Assembly (NCBI GenBank): GCA_043381765.1
Contig: JBHJMP010000845.1
Coordinates: 1-44,769, forward strand
DNA from: Collodictyon triciliatum
Taxonomy: Eukaryota
DNA: 44,769 bases
Direction: 5' to 3'
Both the position numbers and the translations under genes were made by a program. The notes beneath the pieces were generated by a model. That model saw only the letters and a program-made list of their open reading frames with translations, was not told the DNA's origin and ran no database searches. Positions 37,992 to 44,769 of this stretch are shown here, one piece after another; position 1 is the first letter of the stretch, and each line of letters opens with the position of its first letter.

Positions 37992-38140
37992 TATTATTTT
38001 GTCTTTGCAAATGCTCGCTCGTGTTTTGTGTTGGAAACTTTTCTAAATCTGGATGACAGGTGGACGACCGCACTCTGCGCCTGGACTTTATCCGCAACCG
38101 TGATAGTGTTGTGGCTGACACTCTGACACTAACGAAATAA
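34129..38140 (+). CDS. Secreted purple acid phosphatase (Fn3-like N-terminus plus metallophosphoesterase), multi-exon
   Basis: Signal-peptide-like LLCIALIAVSFVAVSVFA. All five PAP ligand motifs are intact: GDIG, GDISY, GNHE, VTGH, GHYH. Also DPGVIH, DGGGECGVP, WYSF..VHIIQFSTEHDF. Ends TLTLTK* at 38140. Confidence 0.95.
35826..35850 (-). mobile_element. Micro-retroinsertion family copy C (PAP intron)
   Basis: Reverse complement TTTGAATCGAATAAAGG+A8 flanked by a perfect 18-bp direct repeat GGCAAACTGAAATAGTAT (35808-35825 and 35851-35868). Confidence 0.88.
36283..36310 (-). mobile_element. Micro-retroinsertion family copy D (PAP intron), degenerate
   Basis: 21 bp (TTCCCCCTTTATTCGATTCAA, 36283-36303) are identical to 43356-43376, followed by GCGAAGG, which suggests a 6-bp internal deletion. 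No TSD seen. Confidence 0.6.
37903..37986. repeat. (CT)n microsatellite, last PAP intron
   Basis: Directly visible. Confidence 0.95.
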
Positions 38141-38189
38141 ATACTGTCGCCAGCATCAGGCTCCGTCATCTTCAACTCCTCCTCTCGTA

Positions 38190-38380
38190 NNNNNNNNNNN
38201 NNNNNNNNNNNNNNNNNNNNNNNNNNNNNNNNNNNNNNNNNNNNNNNNNNNNNNNNNNNNNNNNNNNNNNNNNNNNNNNNNNNNNNNNNNNNNNNNNNNN
38301 NNNNNNNNNNNNNNNNNNNNNNNNNNNNNNNNNNNNNNNNNNNNNNNNNNNNNNNNNNNNNNNNNNNNNNNNNNNNNNNN
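38190..38380. other. Assembly gap (N)
   Basis: Run of N next to a CT repeat. Confidence 1.
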
Positions 38381-38739
38381 TCTCTCTCTCTCTGAGCCCC
38401 AAGCTAAGGTAAAGGTCGCGCTCCTGTATTGCTACGAAACGTTCGCACGAACAAAGCGTATTCTTCACGAATCAAAGTCCTTGCATAGGTGGTGCCCAGG
38501 AGCTTATTCATGAAAAGCCCAGTGATGGATGGAGGGAGAGGGCACCTCACGAGACCTATCTACGTTTCATTAAGCGAAATGCCCTGAAAGGGGTTCTCAC
38601 GGCATACGGACACAGGAAGAAAACGTTTAAAAATAGTATTGTATATTTGGGTTTAGTCAGAGTTTGTTTGCACAGTTTTGAAGAAAAGCGTAGAGGAGAT
38701 TTCTGTATCTCTGTGTTTGTTTTTGGTGTCGTTTTGTCT

Positions 38740-41217
<2,478 letters not shown>

Positions 41218-41313
41218 TCAAATACGGAATAGCGAGTCGGGTGGCAGGTACTGTGATGAGTGATCGAAATGGAAGAAATATTAGGGAAAGGTCTTCATGA
41301 GTTTGATGCCCCT

Positions 41314-41410
41314 GTTTGTTTGTTTGTTTGTTTGTTTGTTTGTTTGTTTGTTTGTTTGTTTGTTTGTTTGTTTGTTTGTTTGTTTGTTTGTTTGTTTGTT
41401 TGTTTGTTTG
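41314..41410. repeat. (TGTT)n microsatellite
   Basis: Directly visible. Confidence 0.95.
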
Positions 41411-41665
41411 TGTATTTGCTTGTTTGATGGACAGAAGTAGGACAGGGGATATTTCGGCCGTGTGGCTTGATTGTTTGTCGGTGGCGTTGTCTTCAACGAA
41501 CTTCAATTTGAAAGTGCGGGTGGATTTCGGCAGAATTGGCGGAGGAAATCAGGTGTTGTCCTGAGACGCGCCAGGACAATACGGTTTTGAAACGGAAAAT
41601 TCCCCTGAAATCTTCACAACCAAACAATTGGCGAGGACGTTATTTTTTAAAAGTGGAATTGCTTT

Positions 41666-41698
41666 CCTCGCTACACTTTGAATCGAATAAAGGAAAAA
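41666..41698 (+). mobile_element. Micro-retroinsertion family copy E (intergenic)
   Basis: CCTCGCTACACTTTGAATCGAATAAAGG plus A-tail, flanked by AAAAGTGGAATTGCTTT (41649-41665) and AAAAGAGGAATTGCTTT (41699-41715), one mismatch. The target junction is TTTTTT|AAAAG. Confidence 0.88.
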
Positions 41699-42076
41699 AA
41701 AAGAGGAATTGCTTTATCATTTATCCAAATAAGGATATTTTCGTGAATTAATCCCTTTTTTGTACTTGACATCAACACCCAAAATGGACATTCCTACCTA
41801 TTCGAATAACGGGCTTTTGTTCGGTGCTTTTGTCTTGGTATCCTTACAGCCAGAGGCAATATTTGAAATTCATTTCATATCATTAGATATCAATATTATC
41901 TACAATTATAATATTATATAGAGAAATTGACACTCTATTACGGATAATAATATCTAAATATTATGTTTTCCGCATTATAGTTTTTTCAATACACCCATTT
42001 TTGGAACGGGTTTGGCAAAGAGGCCCAAACCGAAGCTCTGCCTCCATAGATCTCTCAAGGACAACTCGCAAGATGG

Positions 42077-42690
42077 NNNNNNNNNNNNNNNNNNNNNNNN
42101 NNNNNNNNNNNNNNNNNNNNNNNNNNNNNNNNNNNNNNNNNNNNNNNNNNNNNNNNNNNNNNNNNNNNNNNNNNNNNNNNNNNNNNNNNNNNNNNNNNNN
42201 NNNNNNNNNNNNNNNNNNNNNNNNNNNNNNNNNNNNNNNNNNNNNNNNNNNNNNNNNNNNNNNNNNNNNNNNNNNNNNNNNNNNNNNNNNNNNNNNNNNN
42301 NNNNNNNNNNNNNNNNNNNNNNNNNNNNNNNNNNNNNNNNNNNNNNNNNNNNNNNNNNNNNNNNNNNNNNNNNNNNNNNNNNNNNNNNNNNNNNNNNNNN
42401 NNNNNNNNNNNNNNNNNNNNNNNNNNNNNNNNNNNNNNNNNNNNNNNNNNNNNNNNNNNNNNNNNNNNNNNNNNNNNNNNNNNNNNNNNNNNNNNNNNNN
42501 NNNNNNNNNNNNNNNNNNNNNNNNNNNNNNNNNNNNNNNNNNNNNNNNNNNNNNNNNNNNNNNNNNNNNNNNNNNNNNNNNNNNNNNNNNNNNNNNNNNN
42601 NNNNNNNNNNNNNNNNNNNNNNNNNNNNNNNNNNNNNNNNNNNNNNNNNNNNNNNNNNNNNNNNNNNNNNNNNNNNNNNNNNNNNNNNNN
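42077..42690. other. Assembly gap (N)
   Basis: Run of N. Confidence 1.
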
Positions 42691-43073
42691 NAAAAGAGCA
42701 CCAAAACCTTCTAATTGTCTACTATATGCATTCATAGCAAGTCAGACCATGGGAGCGTCATTCCAAATAGGAATCCGTAGAGATTGATATCTTATGTTAT
42801 ATATGTTACTCTTCTTTGTCTTCCTATACCGAGTTTGCAATGCCTTATGTTCTAAATAATTATTTGATCGAATTTTAATTTATTTCATCCCATGACACAT
42901 CTCATACAAAAATTCAATCATAAAGTATATCTATGTTATGGATTCATATATCGAATGATGCCAGTGTCCTCAAATTTTGCTATAAATCGCATACTTCCGA
43001 ATAAACGTATAATGATTACTATTTAAGTATTATATTTCTCCTATTATTACTCGCACAATTTAATATCCAAATC

Positions 43074-43277
43074 ATGAATGGTAGGAGAACTATAAGGTAT
43101 GATTTGGAGCCAGACCGTTCCGGAAGCAAGAAAAGCGATCTTACAAAACAGATGGAACCAGAGAGTATCGCTGATAGGGTATCTTCTGTTTATTACGCTC
43201 AGAATATCGATAAAAATACCGCCTTAAAAAATTCATCTTTTCACCGAAGAATTTGTCAGAAAAAAACATAATCTTCG

Positions 43278-43322
<45 letters not shown>

Positions 43323-44302
43323 CATAGTTGTCATCATCAGTTTACCTATTATATTTTCCCCCTTTATTCGATTCAAAGTGCAGCGAGGTTATGGCAGTTT
43401 ACCTATTATATTTAATTTAACTGATTGAGACTATGCCATGACCGATTTTAGACTCCATATATTCCCACTTTGAAACTGAAAGAAAAGCAGGTTTCGAGCA
43501 TAGCAGCGGTTAGTCATATTACCATTTATGATAGTTTCAGAAAGATTCTCACATTTGTTCACATGTGATTTTGTAGCAAAGTATTATGAAATTTGTTTTA
43601 CATAAACGCTGCATAAAATGCCGGTTTATTACATGTAATAATCTTCTTACAACCAAATTTTATCATTCGATAGTCGACATATCGAGAGAATCTGTTCGAG
43701 ATTCTTCGAACATCTGACATTCGGAAATCAGTCGAAGAGCAGATACAGGTTGAATTTTTTTGTTTGTTTATAAATAACCATCATGTTGTAATCAATTTTT
43801 CTTTCTCATATATTTGATCTAATGACACATGCCCATTCTCTTCCTTCCCTCCAGACAATATCTGATCGAATACAATCAGCTCGAGAAATGAGAAAAGGCA
43901 GCAAAGATGTTTATGGGGATTCTCTCCCAAACACTTTAAGAGGGAATTTCAATTTACAAAAAATACAGAGCAGTGAAAAACAAGTAATGAAGCTATTATT
44001 TTCATACGAAGACGCATGATTGTATCCTTCTTTCCATATTTTCTGCGCATATATTTAGCCGCTATAAATATGCATCGGGATTTAATCACCAAAGTTAATG
44101 ACTTACCTAGTTCTTACCATTTTGAAAATAAAAGGTCAAGTTTGAGGTATATTCAGAGCCACTTGTGGTAGAATCGTCAGAATCCAAGTTATTTTTAACC
44201 GAAAGCAAGAGTGCTTATAAAAAATCGAACTCCTACCCTATTGCCGAAGAGAAGAGCTCTACTGAATATGATAGAAAAAAGCACAGCAAATCTAGAAGTA
44301 AG
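43074..44302 (+). CDS. Fragmentary hypothetical S/K/R-rich multi-exon gene (partial)
   Basis: Several short exon-like segments bounded by AG/GT (about 43452-43508, 43673-43748, 43855-43983, 44157-44301). No domain recognised and the start is uncertain. Confidence 0.35.
43357..43394 (-). mobile_element. Micro-retroinsertion family copy F (longest, 38 bp)
   Basis: Reverse complement CCATAACCTCGCTGCACTTTGAATCGAATAAAGGGGGA flanked by a perfect 19-bp direct repeat CAGTTTACCTATTATATTT (43338-43356 and 43395-43413). Confidence 0.9.
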
Positions 44303-44676
44303 GTAAGTCGCCAAACAGCCCTAAATTTAACAGTAATTCTGTATTTGGATGTATGAGTATGGATATGCCTTTGTCTATCTTAAGGAAATAAACATGTGAT
44401 CATTTTCAAATAAATTTTTTCTTTCAAATAAATCGATTCAAATAGTCTTCTCAATGGATAAAAATATGGCTATGCTTATTGAGATTTGCTTTGTATGATA
44501 CGATAAAATAAAATTTATACTCATACCATCGTGACCTTTCTTATATCATGAAAGCTTAACAAAGATGTTGGGTTGGAATTTGTTTCAAAAACTGAGAGGG
44601 AAAGCCACGTTGGAAAGAATTGGAGACTTATTCGAGACCTAATATGTTTGGATGTTTAAGACATATGTTTTTTTCA

Positions 44677-44769
44677 TAAATAATAAATAATAAATAATAA
44701 ATAATAAATAATAAATAATAAATAATAAATAATAAATAATAAATAATAAATAATAAATAATAAATAATA
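44677..44769. repeat. (TAAATAA)n repeat at window end
   Basis: Directly visible. Confidence 0.9.

Noticed and set aside
41961-42737. ORFs of more than 200 aa
   Set aside because: They consist of X residues from the N-gap.
44677-44769. Terminal (TAAATAA)n as a telomere
   Set aside because: It lacks G-rich telomeric character and resembles the other AT-rich microsatellites at which the assembly breaks.

Overview
Eukaryotic (probably protist, flagellated, mitochondriate) nuclear genomic DNA. It uses the standard genetic code, has many short, mostly GT-AG introns, GC-rich islands around gene starts, long pure microsatellites in many introns and two N-gaps. Genes spliced by eye: Xaa-Pro dipeptidase (prolidase), an intronless 7xC2-domain protein, a DUF5092-like membrane protein, a small mL80-like protein, a CaaX-terminated PP2C phosphatase, proteasome Rpn11, TEX9, CDC73, a KH+GYF_2 RNA-binding protein, a purple acid phosphatase and an EF-hand protein, plus two partial hypothetical genes at the window edges. 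The most striking unannotated signal is a family of ultra-short (about 23-38 bp) insertions, six copies in the window. The copies share a 3' hairpin, an AATAAA and an A/purine tail, and four have clear 16-19 bp target-site duplications, consistent with minimal target-primed reverse transcription products. Two unrelated short insertions flanked by direct repeats are also present. All protein family calls come from motif recognition, not database searches.
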